Part shown: piece by piece, positions 49,409-64,000 of the stretch
Numbering within the stretch: position 1 is the first letter of the stretch
Layout: each line of letters opens with the position of its first letter
Source of the DNA: Tubulanus polymorphus
Taxonomy: Eukaryota > Animalia > Nemertea
Reading direction: 5' to 3'
DNA length: 64,000 nt
NCBI RefSeq assembly: GCF_964204645.1
Contig: NC_134034.1
Location: forward strand, 13,591,062-13,655,061
Position numbers and translations under genes: made by a program
Notes under the pieces: generated by a model
What the model was told of the DNA's origin: nothing
What the model saw: only the letters and a program-made list of their open reading frames with translations
Databases searched by the model: none

Positions 49409-51119
49409 TCACTGCATTCGGATCAACAATTGAAAATCTACCTCTTCCAACTGAATGAATGAGATTTTGCTGAATTGTTTCACAAGTTCAACCGAATTCA
49501 ACGATAGATCGGTTGGATTTGAATTTCATGATCTGAACTTGTAGACGTTTTCGTCACTCAACTTATACGGAGGAATTTCATGAAAATGGAAAAGACTTTA
49601 ATTGATTGTATATGATGGGGAATATTTGCGTTAATCAAAATATGAATGAATCGAAGCTTGGAAATTTGAGTGGGATCCTTTACTAACTGAAAATCTTCAC
49701 AACTCCCTCCTCTTAGCATTATGGACATCAGGCCGATGTTTAGGGGGTCCTTGTTGCATTGATGTGTATGTTATGAGTATTTGTAAGGACTGTAAGTGTT
49801 ACTGTAGATGTTTTTTTTTGTAATTTCCATATTGATTTATGCAAAAAATAAATATACGATTTGAATAGATTTATCAGTTATCACTTTGTCATGTGACATC
49901 TTCCACTCTCTTTCCACTGGATTCATAACTCTTCCATTTTGTCAAATGAAGTTGTACACTCTCGTATTGAAGAACACCGAAGTTGTCCAACTTATTCTCG
50001 GGTCCTAGTCCAGGCTAATGTGCTTAGTGTCTCGACTGAAGATCGGTTATTTGGCAGAGCAGCAAAGACCCAAGGAAAGAATATAACCGACAAAACATTT
50101 GGTTTCGTCATCAACAATCATAAATATTTATTTATAGATATATTTTTTCGTATGTACATCCAAGCCTAAAAATAATTCATCACTCAATTTGTGTAGTTAG
50201 ATAGGGTTGTTACAATGCAGGGCCTGTACAGTCCAGCTTAAACTTAAACCCAGTCACACTGATATGTGACATCGTGATGTTATAGAACCAAATTCAATTA
50301 AGACTGGTCTCGTATCTAAGCCTTACTGTGCAACCAGCTCTCAAGGTTAACTGGACAATAAGCTACAAAACAGCCACCCCCTGATTCTAAACTTCTTATT
50401 AGTCGCGATAAACTGAATTTGAGTAAACTATTCTACAAATGAAAATTAAATATTGCAAATTCAATTTCTTTCAAAGAGAAATTGACGAAAAGTCAGATGA
50501 GAATTTTATGACTTCATTAACAAACAATTGAAGCAAAACCTCGGTAAACAGTTTAAGATATATTATAGGCCTAATAGTGTAGGAACCATTTCAAAGAATC
50601 TCTGAAAGCTTCGCTTGGCAAAATATGGACAGACTCAATTATACTCTGTTCATATGTAATCAAGAAGCATCTCTACTAAAAAATACTCTTGAAAAGAAAT
50701 CTTATCCTTGCGTTCGTCAAATTGCTGCAAAAACATTCTGAAACAAATTCGACCCTTGTTGAGATAGATACGTGTAGCATTTATCGATGAAATCGAATTC
50801 TAACAAAAATTACTCTGAAAAAACTCCTCGAAATCATTCGAAGCAAATCTAAATCTGAAACTGATCGCTGCAAACGAAAACGATCTTAAAACAATTCAGA
50901 AAAAATTTGAATCGTTTTTAATTGATCTTTTCGCGGTTGTAACAAAAATTCTAAATACGTAAATTTAACGAAAATTTCCATCGGTGAAAATAAAGATCAG
51001 TTTAAAATGGAAGTCATCGAAAATAAATCACACGAAGAACAACAGATTATTGGAATTAAATAGCAAATTTTTTTCACAATTATCAAAGTTCGGTCGGGAA
51101 AATCATTTTCTCGTTCGTG

Positions 51120-54100
51120 TTAACAAGATTCTTTCTGCTGCTTTGCTTCCTTGTCTTTCTTCCAGACGAACCCGAGTCGTTTATTCGTCTGATTATCTCC
51201 GTAGATCGTTTCTTTCGTTTCGTTGGTCGAGTCTCGCTGGTAATTCGGCAGCTGTACGCCCGACAGATCAGCGACCATGTAACTCGGACGAATACCGCCC
51301 TTACCGGGGAACTGCGGCCCCAGCCCGCCGCCGCAACCGGCCTTCGCCGCTTTCTTCAACGGATACAAGTTTCGACCGCCTTTGCGACAATGATCGATGA
51401 CTTTGTTCGCGTATTCCTGGAATTGTTCCTCTTCGATTTGAAGCAAATCGACGTTAGCCTTTGCCTGATTGAGTTCGGCCTGTTTGGCAGCGGTCGCGTT
51501 GTCGATGTGTTCGTCCTGTTTGTCAAGAAAATCAGATAATTATTCGATGGAATTCGATCAGTCAGTTTTGGGACCATCGTTAATGATTATATCAACATCT
51601 GACGCTTAGTAAAATTCAATCGGAAATACAAATTCAAATCAAAAAAAGTGAAGACTTAAATGCACGGATTTTGGAAAGTCTTTTTCGACAGTTTTGGAAA
51701 AGAGAATTTTTTCCAGGCAATTTACAAACTATATGTACAACGTATGGAAAATTAGAAAAATGGCCTCAAAATTAAATTTTCTTTCTATTTAGCATTTTAT
51801 GCCTAAATGTCTAACTATACTTTATGAAAATACCCTCTACACTCCCTTATCTTCAACGTAGATCGCATCCCTTGAAGTATCGAGGTTAATTTCGAATGAT
51901 TTTATTTACCTTCTGCTTCAGATGGAAATTCGACAGTTTTTTACGCTCGTCGAACTGGCGACGACGTTTTTCCTCTTCGTTCTGTTGGAAAACGCGATCG
52001 GCTTCCTTTCTCAATAACAACATCTCCAACTCTTTACGTCGTTCGAGAGCTTCTTGTTCCTCTAAATCTTTCATCTGCGATTCAAAAAACAAAGAGGAGA
52101 CATTAGAAATCTCGCACTAGTCCCTTCCTTCCCGTCCCTATCCTTCCTTAGTAACGTCCAGGTCTATATTAAAACTGAACTGTTCACCAATTATTGTTAT
52201 GTTTCGTTTTTCTGATGAGAAAGTTTAGTCTAAACTTTGAAACCGCCGGTAAATGAATTGCTAAATTATGAACTGCCGGTTTTGTTCATCTACTCTGAAA
52301 TACAGAGATCGATATATCAGTATCGAGATCGATATATCAGTATCAATCAGTCACTCCAGAACAGAATATGTAATTCACAGCGGTACTAATTGTTCGCAGT
52401 TCACAGGAGTTTCTGACCAAATTAAAAGACTTTCGCGCACCTTCAAAAGCATTTTCCGCTGGTAAGGAGATTTTGGGGAACCGCAGAGTCGTTCAAGGGA
52501 CGCTATAATTTCAATTTCAATTTATTCTTCATAAATCCAAAGTATAAGATTGTGAATGAAGAAAAACAACAACAACAACAATAAACAGACAAAAACAAAA
52601 AGGATGCGAAATAAAAGAAAAACAATAATAAAAGGAGGGAGAGAAAGTTGCGTTGAGCTACAGAAGTACGAACCTGTTCGACGCGATGTTTAGACATCTC
52701 TTCGAGTATAACCTTTGTTTTGGCGTCTTTCAACGCGTCCTCAGCCGCTCGTTTAGCTTCGCCCTCCTCGACCGCTTGACGTATTCTCTCGTCCTCGTCG
52801 TCGTGTTTCTGTTTCATCTGAGCGGCGAGTTTATCTCGTATCTTCGATAATCTCGTCTGTTTCTCGCTGTGAAAAAAAACAATTCTCGAAATTAACAATC
52901 CGAATATCTTCTTGAGAAAAAGATATCTCATATTCAATGATGTCATAGGGAGATTTATGATGATGGCCATCTTTACTCGATGGGACTCTAGTCTTTTAAA
53001 GACATAATTAGATGATGTCATAGGAGGATCTATGGAGGAAGCCGTCTTTGCTTAAACGATGTATAGATGGCTGCCGTCATAAATCCCCCTATGACATCAT
53101 CTATTCAGACGGTATAAACGCTTACTTGTAAAGATTCTTCTCTTTCTCCGCTCGTAGTTTCATCATTTTACGTTTAGCGGCGCCGAATATTCGACATTCT
53201 TCGTCTTCCTCCTGAAAAACAGTTTTATATCGGAAATGATTTTCTATTCGAAAAATAAATCGTAACATGAATCATCCACAACTCTGGACTATCTACATCC
53301 ACTGGTTTGAGCCCATTTTTAACAGGATCGAACTGACTGGAGTTGGGCAGACGTAACTTGAGCAAATTGATAGGGGAAATTGTGTCCCATAGTCAACCAC
53401 CCCCTCTCCTAACCTCCCTCTATATTCATCAATTCTAATCGTATCCCTTCCACCTGCCAATGCCATCCCCCTAGCCACTCAGGGTGAACTTGGGTTATCG
53501 GAGGAAGTCGACTTTAGTCGTGATATAACAAACCTCTTCTTGTTGTCTTTGAACTTCTTTCATACGTTTCACGTCGTTGATTTGTCGCAGATTATCGTTC
53601 ATCGTAGATTTCTGTTCGGCGTGTCGGATCTGTTCGAGTCGTTGTTTCTCTAACGCGTATTGAATCGCTAATCGTTTCAACTCTTCGCCCTCGTGACGAC
53701 CGTCCTCTTTCACTTCATCCGCTTCGTGTAAATGTTTTTTGATTCTGAAAAGAAAATCACTAAATCGTCACAGGTCCGCAGTTTCCGAAAGTTTCTAAAA
53801 ACGTTTTGGATCGAGATTCACAGTCCCTATGGATTCCTTAAGCTCCTTCTAAACTGATAATGTTTTTAAGGGTGCTTGAAACTCATTTAATTTGAGAAAA
53901 ATACCCGAAAACTTCTTTAAAACTTATTCAATTTTTTTTGTAGTTGTACAGTAGACTACACCTTACTCAGTATTATCTAAGCCTATATTATTACCCAATT
54001 GGTATTACCTACCGGTAATCTTGTATTACCCAATCTTGTATTACCTCAGCGGTATTACCTAAATTTGTATTACTTCATCGGTATCACCTCATCTTTTATT

Positions 54101-55995
54101 ACCTCAACAGTATTACCTAATCTTGTATTACCCAATCTTGTATTACCTAAGCAGTATTACCTAATCTTGTATTACCTAAGCAGTATTACCTAATCTTGTA
54201 TTACCCAATCTTGTATTACCTAATCTTATAAATCGTATAGAATTCAACCCGCTAAGTTTTGTAAACTGAATACGTACTGAGCTTTCTGGAAATCAGCGCA
54301 ATCTTTTCGTTTCACGAGTCGTTGAAGGGCGGCTTGTTGATCTTCGCGAATTCCATGTTCCATTTCTCGTTGTGTTTGTTCGAGCCACTCCCGATCGCGA
54401 CCTTCGTCTGCCTTCGACATCAACGACTTCAACTCCAGTTGAGCCTCGCGTTCTTTCAATACCTCCGTTAATAAAAGAGCTCCCTGCGAAATCCGGAAAA
54501 AAAGGAAGACGATTTTGAAATCAACACCTGTGAAAATCAGCCACGTCTCCTACCCCTGTTGCCCGCGACGTCAATGTTTATAACGACTACAGAACGTAAT
54601 GCGAACGTACGTGGAATTGTTTAACTCGATCTGTTTGATAATATTGTTGAGTTTTCGCCTTTTCGATCGCTTCTTTACGTTTTTCTGCCTGATATTTCGC
54701 CTCTTCGATATCCACCTGTTTTCGCTCTTCTTCCTCTTTTTCTTCACGAATTCGTCGAGCTTCGAGTTTTTTCTGACGTTGACCCTGGAAAAAAACAATC
54801 GCGATCGATCAACAAATCGTCTTCAGTTATTCAAGAAGTTTAGCTCAATCTTTAAGATTAAAAAGATTCTAAAAGGTCGTTACGAAGAAATTAAGACCTG
54901 TTTAAGGCCTACCCCCATTTTTGTTCATCTGACAACTGAACCTTAGTAAGCTACAGTCAAGTAAAATTTTCAAAGTCCAAAAAACCAGACTTGAGAGGAG
55001 TCTACTGTATCATCCATCTCAGATAACCACTCTCAAGTCAAACATCCGATTTTAGTAGAGTTGACTTCTAAAAACCGGTACATATCTTTCATAAATTGGA
55101 TAAATAGACTAGTTCCTAGTTCAGTCACCATATGGCAGCACTTGCTGGAAGAACGCTGGGAATGAAAGGATTACACTTACGGCTATAGTATTCGTCCAGT
55201 TTTTAACGATCTCTTTCGACCTGTCTCGGAGGGCTTCGCGTTCCTCGCGTTCCTTGCGTATTTTCTCCTCTTCGATCTGACGTCGGTTGAGGCTGTATTG
55301 AATTCGTTCCCAGTCGGATTTCGACAGAATCGTCATCGATCGCAGTTCGTCGATCGTCATATTGTTGCCGCTGCCGACACCAGGTGGCAGGCTGTTCACA
55401 TCTATCAGACCGGCTGCTGTGGTGGAAAATAATACGTACCATTCAAACTTCAGATCTGATATCACTCTCAAGTCAGAAGATCCGCCTTTTGAGCACAGGG
55501 CGTATTTGAAGTTTGGGCATGAACTGTAGCTTAGATCGTCCAATATCCAAGCTACTTATAAAAAGAATTCTTTTCTATATATTTCTATATTCTTTTTATA
55601 TATATATAGTACCTTGGATATTGGATGATCTAAGCTACAGTTCACCCCCAAACTTCAAATACGAGCCCCTGGCCCTGTGGTCTACTGTAACTGTTCACTC
55701 AACTGAGGAAGATAGGCTTAACGGGTCTATTTAATGAGAGGGGGTCGATTTCATTGAATAGAGGTATTAGAGGGTAAAACGATCATGATGAGTTTTATGG
55801 AAGGTTTCCCTTAAGTCCAGCACAGTATCTCGTTCCAAGGCAAAGACGGTTTCCCAGAACAGCAGAACGAAGTAGGTTCCGACCGTTCATACCGTTTCCT
55901 TTCAATTTAAAGGTCGTTAAACGCTCGATGTCTTAAAATTGCTTACATTTTGATTGTCCTTTACGTCGCCCATGCATGACTGTCGCTGAAGCCAT
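51120..55995 (-). CDS. CFAP210: cilia- and flagella-associated protein 210 (CCDC173; trichohyalin-plectin homology coiled coil)
   Basis: About 9 exons (55995-55947, ~55416-55181, 54785-54611, 54483-54277, 53744-53514, ~53211-53126, 52866-52674, 52074-51910, 51515-51120). N-terminal HGRRKG, SKEIVKNWTNTIAG, long E/R/K coiled coil, C-terminal GRNLYPLKKAA...GGIRPSY...KRLGFVW. Confidence 0.85.
53990..54228. repeat. about 15-16-bp minisatellite (taatcttgtattacc)
   Basis: Degenerate tandem units. Confidence 0.9.
55498..55668. mobile_element. MITE with about 55-bp TIRs and AT-rich spacer
   Basis: GGGCGTATTTGAAGTTTGGG...TAGCTTAGATCGTCCAATATCCAAG versus CTTGGATATTGGATGATCTAAGCTA...CCCAAACTTCAAATACGAGCCC. 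Confidence 0.85.
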
Positions 55996-56089
55996 TCTTC
56001 CCTGACTCCAATCTCCGTGATTCTCCCCTAAAAACTGGTCGCGAACCCAAAAAGGTTTTTTTACAAATAGAAAACCAGGAAGTAAACCA

Positions 56090-56116
56090 GTTGTCAAGGA
56101 AAACAATGTGACGTCA
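56090..56116 (-). promoter_or_regulatory. CFAP210 promoter: full CRE and degenerate X-box-like motif
   Basis: TGACGTCA at 56109-56116 and GTTGTCAAGGAAAAC at 56090-56104, about 100 bp upstream of the ATG. Confidence 0.45.
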
Positions 56117-56899
56117 CCAGAACGTGTGTACTTTCAGCGCGCCGTCTATCGCTGGAGGAAGGAAGCCGAAAAACGAGTTGGGTTCGAATCCGCCTTTTTC
56201 CTAGACTGGTTACCGAATTGGTAGAATTGGACAGACAACCAGTCTACCTGTTTCCTAAAACTGCTGCTGTTCTATTGGGTTCGAATCCGTCCCATCACGG
56301 TTTTTTTTCATGTTCGAATCCGTTTAGTGTCGTGGCCTCTCAGCTTATTGAAGGTTCATGTCATTAAATGTCATAAAAAACAAGAACGCAGTTTTCGGAA
56401 AAGAATAGAAATGTATTGTGAGAAAATATCATCATTACCGGTGGAAGTTGTATTCGGAGCCGCCTTCTCACCGGCGACTCGCAATAAAACATTATTTGAA
56501 ATGTTCATAAACCTTGAACATCATAAATAAATTGACTAGATACTCATTACGTACCGGTAGTAAAAATGTTAATAATACACCGATATATACTATAATTTCC
56601 TTATCGTTATTTTTAAAGAATAAATGTAATCCTTGCGATATTGTCATTTATTTCAAATTAATCTAATCAATAAATAAGCATTAATTCGTTCATTCATCAT
56701 TTATCTATTTACATTACGGTGGACAAGTGTTCGCATTTCATATACATATGTACAGAATTTATTGACAATAAATATCGGGCAAACGTATAAAATTATGAAT
56801 AAAATAAATTCTTTTTTTTTACAAGAAAACAATATTGCACTTAGCTGGCCATTATCTCGTCGCGACTCTATCTTTGTATAATAGTTATTAGAAATTGTG

Positions 56900-57081
<182 letters not shown>

Positions 57082-57113
57082 TATCTATGTGGTTTTAGTT
57101 GCGTCTCTAAAGA

Positions 57114-57227
57114 CCGGGTCCAGTTTTATAGACTGGTATTACCTTTAACCTGAGGGCTAACTCAGTTGAAAATGAATTGCGTTAGCCCCCGGGTTAAAGA
57201 TGATACCAGTCTATAAAACTTGCCCGG
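57114..57227. mobile_element. palindromic MITE/hairpin element
   Basis: CCGGGTCCAGTTTTATAGACTGGTAT...TTTAACC..GGGCTAAC versus GTTAGCCC..GGTTAAA...ATACCAGTCTATAAAACTTGCCCGG. Confidence 0.8.
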
Positions 57228-57587
57228 GAATATAAAAACAAAATCGCAAAAAATTAATGGCTCAGGCGTAGACTTCTGACCAAATTTGGTTCTACAGCCA
57301 ACTTAAAACTACTCTAAGCTCATATAGTTTCATAGCCAAATTAAACAACGTTTAAAAAGTTCAAATCTCCAAGTACCTTTTCGGACTAATGAAACTGAAA
57401 CATACGCTCACATTTTGAGGACATGTCTGATTTATGAGCACTTGGGATCGGAATAATATGAATATATATATATACATGAATAATTCATCATAACATACAC
57501 AACTTATGGACATACAAAAATAAATAAAGTATATACAGATAGGGGCGCATTAGCATCGTCACAATAGGTCTTAATATATTCAATTAG

Positions 57588-57819
<232 letters not shown>

Positions 57820-58306
57820 GAGTGCAGATCACACACCTTTTCATTTTTTCACAGATTATAAATGGTTCTTGACTCGGCGGCTTATGATAATATATTGATT
57901 TTTCTGTCTACCGTCTGCGCGCGCGCCCATTTACCGATTAATGTATGCAAATTTTAATAAAACTAACAAAGGGTATAATATGAATATTAATACGGCCTGC
58001 ATCTCTGAAAATCATCAGGTGTCGACTGATGTAGCGCGTATTTTCAAGGTTTCATTATATGAAATTCATACCTGATAGTAATAAAAACAATTCATTACAA
58101 TATTGTGCTTACATAGGAGTGTCACATCTGGTAGCTGCCACCTGATGGATTCCTCATTAGAAAGTTAAATGAACCTCGCCGCGTTCACACAAATCATTAC
58201 ATTTAATACACTAAATATAAAATTCATAATATTCTCAATTTCGCGCATTGATCAAAATGCAGCAGCAGCCAGACCGATAAATAATTCCCGAGTATAAAAT
58301 CCAGCA

Positions 58307-58479
<173 letters not shown>

Positions 58480-58678
58480 CCGATCCTACCTAGATTCAAA
58501 TGTCATTTAGGAACTCGCTGGTTTGAAACACCGATGATTATATAAACTTCGTATTTAGAGGCTAAAATGCGCTCGGAGTGCAAGTCTGACTTCGCCGAAT
58601 AGGAGGCTCGCTGAGATTTCACCACTGGCTGATCGGCTGTATACATAGCCTGCACTGGTGGCAGTGTCTCTAAAGAGT

Positions 58679-59455
58679 TCAGTATCCCAGATACATATTG
58701 ACATCACCCCTACGCGCGCCTGTCATAGCGGAGGCTATCTGAATGTGTTGCGAATGGGAATGTTGACGATGAGATTGGTGGTGAGGATGAGAGTGAGGAT
58801 GGTCGTGATGGGGATGATGAGAACACGCCATGCCGAAATGTATCGGAGGAAGTGGTTGGCTAGTCGGTTGGTGATGATGATACGGTACGGCAGGGGGCAC
58901 CGCTGTGTGCGGAGGAGGCGCACCCGCGACCTGACCGGGACTGGGGGTCTCCCACAGTAAATCGGACATGAACGAAATATACGACATCGCCAGACGAAGA
59001 GTTTGAATTCTGCTGAGTTTGCGCTCGTGCGGAAAAACGGGCACGCTCTTTTTCAAACGTTCGAACGCCGTATTCAAACTCAGCATGCGTTTCCGTTCGC
59101 GTTTGTTGGCCGCCAGACGTTGGTCTTTCGTAATACGGCGTTTTCGTTTAGCGCCCTCTGTCGGCGGTTGTCCGCGTGTCGTCTGTTGACCGGTGTTCGG
59201 TAGTTCGTCGAACGCGGAGTAATACGGCGGTGATCGATCGGCGTCCGCGATGCCGTTCGTTTCGCTGTCTCCTTCGTACAAATCATCGTCATCTTCATCG
59301 TCGTCGTCAGTGACCGGCTCGAGCTGATAGTCCGGCGAGGAGTAACGCTTATGTCGCAGCCTGGTACCGACCCCGGCGCTGGTCGGCGGTTCGTCGTCTC
59401 GGGACATCTCTTCTTGTAACCGCGAGGCCGCGTTCGTTTCTTCGTCGGTCGACAT
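58679..59455 (-). CDS. FERD3L: Fer3/NATO3 (PTFb)-like bHLH transcription factor, intronless, with His-rich C-terminus
   Basis: Single 258-aa ORF. b[68 protein letters not shown] is closer to FERD3L/Fer3 than to PTF1A. Orthology not tested. Confidence 0.7.
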   Translation of the reverse strand: MSTDEETNAASRLQEEMSRDDEPPTSAGVGTRLRHKRYSSPDYQLEPVTDDDDEDDDDLYEGDSETNGIADADRSPPYYSAFDELPNTGQQTTRGQPPTEGAKRKRRITKDQRLAANKRERKRMLSLNTAFERLKKSVPVFPHERKLSRIQTLRLAMSYISFMSDLLWETPSPGQVAGAPPPHTAVPPAVPYHHHQPTSQPLPPIHFGMACSHHPHHDHPHSHPHHQSHRQHSHSQHIQIASAMTGARRGDVNMYLGY

Positions 59456-62400
59456 TTCTGTTCACCTAGAATTAATCGAACAACGATACTAGAAAATATT
59501 CTCAGAGGCGAAAATCCGATAAGACATTTTCGCTTAAAGTTTCAGTCAATCCGTAACACATCAGTGTAAAAAACATGACGTTTTTATTTCCTTGAGTCGG
59601 TGTAAAATCTATTATGCTATAAATTGTTACCGATAAACTACTGAGTTTATATTATGGAGATGTAAATATAAAGAATAACAATTCGTGTTTTTATTTTCAA
59701 CCCATCCGATAAAAAGTATGGACGAATTTTAGAGAAAAAAATTCAAATCAGAAAAAAAAACGGAAAAAAATTTCAAAATTCGTGGACGGCATGAGAAAAA
59801 CCTCGCTTAACGAATTTAGGCATTGGTTTTATTTGTCATTATTCCATTTTAAATACATCTTAGATCTGAGATAACAATTTCTTTCATCACCGAAAACCTT
59901 TGATGAGTAAGAAATGGATTTATCGATCTCGAAATAACGGAAGAAATTGAATAGCATAAAAAAGCGTTTACCTTTTTACATTGCCTATTTTTGATACTTT
60001 TCGAAAAATTCTCGACAAATTATGAAGAAGTCTAAATTCAATAAGCTGTGCTGCCAATCTTTACGGAGGACCCCTCCTAATGTTGAATTAAAACGGAAAT
60101 ATTGAAAAATTGAAAAATCGCACTTTTCTAAAGAGTTTTGTTTTCGAAGTGTTCTATCGGCTTCAATTCTCTAAAACACTGAATTTTCTTTCTAAATGTA
60201 GTAGAGGTTTTTTTAGTTACAACTTTAAATTCAGTTTGAAATTATTGCAATATTGATCCGCGTGAAAGAAACTGTAAGTTCGTAATAACCGATAAATGAT
60301 CGCGATAGAGGTCGTTATAAGGAATTTCCGCAGTGAAAACGACGGTGATAATTTGCCGCGCAACTGGGCGCGTAGGATATGAACATTAAAAAAAAAAACT
60401 TACTTTTGAGTGTGACAAAACGATCCAAACTGTTTTTGGTGGATATTCTTTTTTCCCGGCAAACAATGTCGACTTTGATCAAGTGTTTTTCGATCGGCGC
60501 GATGTTCAATACATGGAATCTGATTGATGGTATGTGTTTGACGCCTCGTGCTCTATCTAGTCTGATGGTTGTAATATCGATACGATTTCAGTTTTATATC
60601 CTCTGTACGGCCCCCCTTGAACAACCTGTTGCATCGCTAAATTTGAATTTCAAATTTACGCCGGCCACGCCTACTTCGCTTGATCGACGTGCGCTTTCAT
60701 TGTTATCATCGGCTGCGCGACGACGGCGATCGGTCGGAACTGTTCGGGTGTTTCCGTGTATCGTGTCTCACTTATTATCATTGTTAGCGGCTGGTGGACC
60801 TCTCAGCGGGCAGGTGCGTGCCACGTGTCAGGGCAGGGTTTCCGTTGAAAAGAAGTTAAGAAAAACCAAACCGCGATTACATGCGCATAAACTTTAGATA
60901 TCAAAATATCTCCAGTCGTAGAGACCTGTAGACCTGTAACGCATATAGGACAAGCGAGAGGACATGAGAGAAATTACGCAATAAATTCTTAAATATATAT
61001 TTGCGCAGTTTCGGCTACAGACTATTTATCAGTCACCATGAGTCGCACTGAAGATGTACCGCCCTATTGCTGGACTGGTCGCTCGCTTTTTATGATTCCT
61101 AGTGCGCGTAACTTTGCCGTCCATTGCCCTCAATCGTTAGAGGACTACCACTTTAACATCGGGAACCACGACGCAATTCTTTCTGAATTACGTAGATAGA
61201 CTCAATTCTTAAGCTAGCAAGATTAAGCCCATCTACTTTAGGCCATTATTGAAGATCAATATTGTGCATATTAGCCTATTAACGACGACCAGTATTTTGG
61301 AGAAAACTATTTCGATGCCGACGACATAGAAAAAAAATCTAAAACCACTCCCCAAACGTGGTTCTAATTTAAATCAGAAATTCAAATTATGGGACATGCG
61401 CGTAACCGAGGATTTTTAAAATTTAGAATATGTGCATACATGAATGGCGGGGATAGGTGCCCGAACGCGCCCGCAGCGTTTTGAAATCATTCAGTTAAAA
61501 CGGATTTATTTCATTCATTCGTTAAAATTTTTGTTTTCACACAACTCCATTTACTACATAATAGTATGTAGTCCAATTATCTGGAAGAACACTGGATACA
61601 CACATACAGTGCGGGTCGCGTGAGGGCCCTCTAAACACGTGCGTGGGTATAAACTAGTTTATCCTAATGGAACGTAACGGACCCCTATATCGCTCGCGCA
61701 CCCATAGAGCCCGATCCCAGCGCGTGCCAGGTAACAATAGCGGGATGGACTCTTGCGCTCTAATACACTACATTAAGTGACCTTGTACAAGTCCACGACC
61801 AGCCGACCAGAACAAATCTAGCCTATAGGCTAACGAGAAAAGATTTTATACCTTTTCACTAAAATGAATTCATCTATCGTGAAATTATATAATGAATTAT
61901 CAATAAACTTTCCAGAATATTAAGGCATACTTAATTTTGTTAGGGAACCATTACAGGGGTGGATCTAGGGTCTGTTTCAGGGAGGGATGCGTCCCACAAT
62001 ATATGGCATATCATAATTAGTTAGGCCATTGTCTCCACACATAAATCAGTTACACCTTGGAGTAATTCAGTCTAATTACTCCAAGGTTGCAGCACTAAGC
62101 CCCTCCATTTGTGGACACAGAGCTTATAGCAGTGTCGTTATTGTCGCTAGTTCTTGTCCGTGACGCCAGTTCTTGTCTTGACGATTGACCTCCAGTAGGT
62201 GGGGTCCATCGTCTGTCGACTGTCGGCCACAATCGCAAAGAACTTCATTTTCTGGTCGTCAATTCCAAGGTAAACGACGAAGGAAAACTCACCGTAAGAC
62301 ACAAAAACTCATTTAATTCAGACGACAACAACATCTCGATGTGGGCCGTGCAGCGATGGTTAAACACCGAACCGCGCAGCGAGAAACAAAATTCTGTTTT

Positions 62401-64000
62401 TCAATGCTACTTTTTTTACAAATTCAGTTGTTGCTCGAGACCACAATGAATGGTGCATGTTGTAGCGACAGCTGTCATTGTTAAAGGAGCCCATTAAACG
62501 GAGGGAAACAAATTATAGCTGTCGTTTTGGCAGGGACATTTGACTACGATGAATGTAAAGTCCTGGGAGTTTGCTTTAGAGATCGAGTGCTGACGATTCT
62601 TCCTTGTATTCGCCTCGGCCTCGCCCGATCGTGGGGAATCAATGGCCGCGATCACACGTGGTCACCGATCAGGCCCGAGTCAAATTTGGCACGTGCCTAA
62701 TTAGAGAACTCGCACCACTCGGTCAGCGCGAGGTTCAGCGGTCAGTAACGCGCGGATGATTAACGGGTTTACTAACTATTGAAAATACAAAACACGGACC
62801 AGACGATCACACAATAAAATACAAACTGACGGTTTGATAGAGTACCAGTCGCAGTCAAATGAAACTGATCAGATAACGGGTTTGTTTTGAATGGAGGATG
62901 AATTGTGTATTTCTGGTGGCCCGCTGGCATTTTTTTGTGGCCGCACGTGTTCAAGGTGCAGCGTTTTTGTAAAAAGTGAATGGTGGCGCTTTGATGGAGA
63001 TCGTGGTTACGGTGAGCAGATCTTATCAACACTGGCTGAACCTTTAACCCCCCTTAGATATGATAAGCTAATCAATTGAATTTGTATAACATGGTTGGAT
63101 TGGCTATAAAGCCAAAACGCACATGTTTTCCTCGTGTGCGGGAGAGGCGAAACAAAAAACACCGAACTGAAAAACGTTATTCACGAGCAAAAATCGTTTG
63201 CTGAAAAACGTGTTTTCTGTTTCGGCGAAACAAATGTTTTTCGTGTGCGTCGGGGTTAAAACTGAAATACGTATGGGACGGATTAGATGGACATTAAAAG
63301 ACCAGTTCTAGCCGAGCTATATATCTATATATATATATAATTTTTTGACGTTTTTCACGTTAGTGCGACGTTTCTCGTTGTTTTTTTTTCTTAAGTAAGA
63401 TACCGATGTTTTGAAATCTATACTATATAAGTTGTTCGTCCCGGTACTGTAAAATTAACCACCTGCACACACCCGCCCAATAAGCGCGTCACACAATATT
63501 TGCAATAATAGAAATTGTCTGTAATATTGGGTTAAGTATGTCTCGGGTAGAGAGAGAGAGAGAGTCTTACTATGACTGTATGGTGTAGGCCTACGTGTTA
63601 TGTTTTCGCTTAGACGTGTTTCTTGAAGTACGAGTTACGCAAAACGCTTTAATCTGTAGTAATGGTGTGAGCATATTTTGTATAAAGCTTTATTGATTTT
63701 GGACGGACGACTGACAGTTGAATAAACGAAAGTTCTTCATCGAGAGGCGCTTGGATATCTTCGTCGATTTGTGTTCGATGCTATGGATCTAAGTTCGATA
63801 TGTTAAGCTTGTAGGATAGAAAGACCGATGTTTTATATCGAAAAATGGATTTAGATAATTTCATCTTGATCGCGGCGATAGTTCGAAAGGTTTGTTTCGA
63901 GTGTTGATATTAGTTTTCATGAAATTAAATACTGAACTTTTATCTTGTGTGGAAAGAATTGGATGACATTTTCGTATGATCTGTGAGGGGAAATAACGCG

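Noticed and set aside
60379-60897. 172-aa ORF upstream of the bHLH gene
   Set aside because: No recognisable domain or splice context; likely a chance ORF in regulatory DNA.

Overview
Gene-dense, intron-containing animal genomic DNA, not prokaryotic. It is probably a marine invertebrate/spiralian, an inference from gene content and the protostome-type MRL and CREB sequences. Manual GT-AG splicing gives ten protein-coding genes: an MRL-family adaptor (pico/RAPH1/APBB1IP, +), RRS1 (-), SPAG6 (+), a small stand-alone matrin-type zinc-finger gene that the ORF track misses (-), ACMSD (+), GTPBP10 (-), CREB (+), a DUF1295 membrane protein (+), CFAP210/CCDC173 (-) and an intronless Fer3/NATO3-like bHLH (-). 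Three pairs are head-to-head. Introns and UTRs hold many MITEs (several families with GGGCCAGTT-type ends, plus piggyBac-like, Tc1-like and a hAT-like element with a 6-bp TSD), a tRNA-derived SINE and many minisatellites. Several minisatellites trace directly to pieces of those MITEs and the SINE. The best novelty candidates are the mini matrin-ZnF gene, the transposon-to-satellite conversions, a duplicated CRE-CCAAT module at the CREB promoter and a candidate CREB microexon. All of this is read by eye, with no database search.
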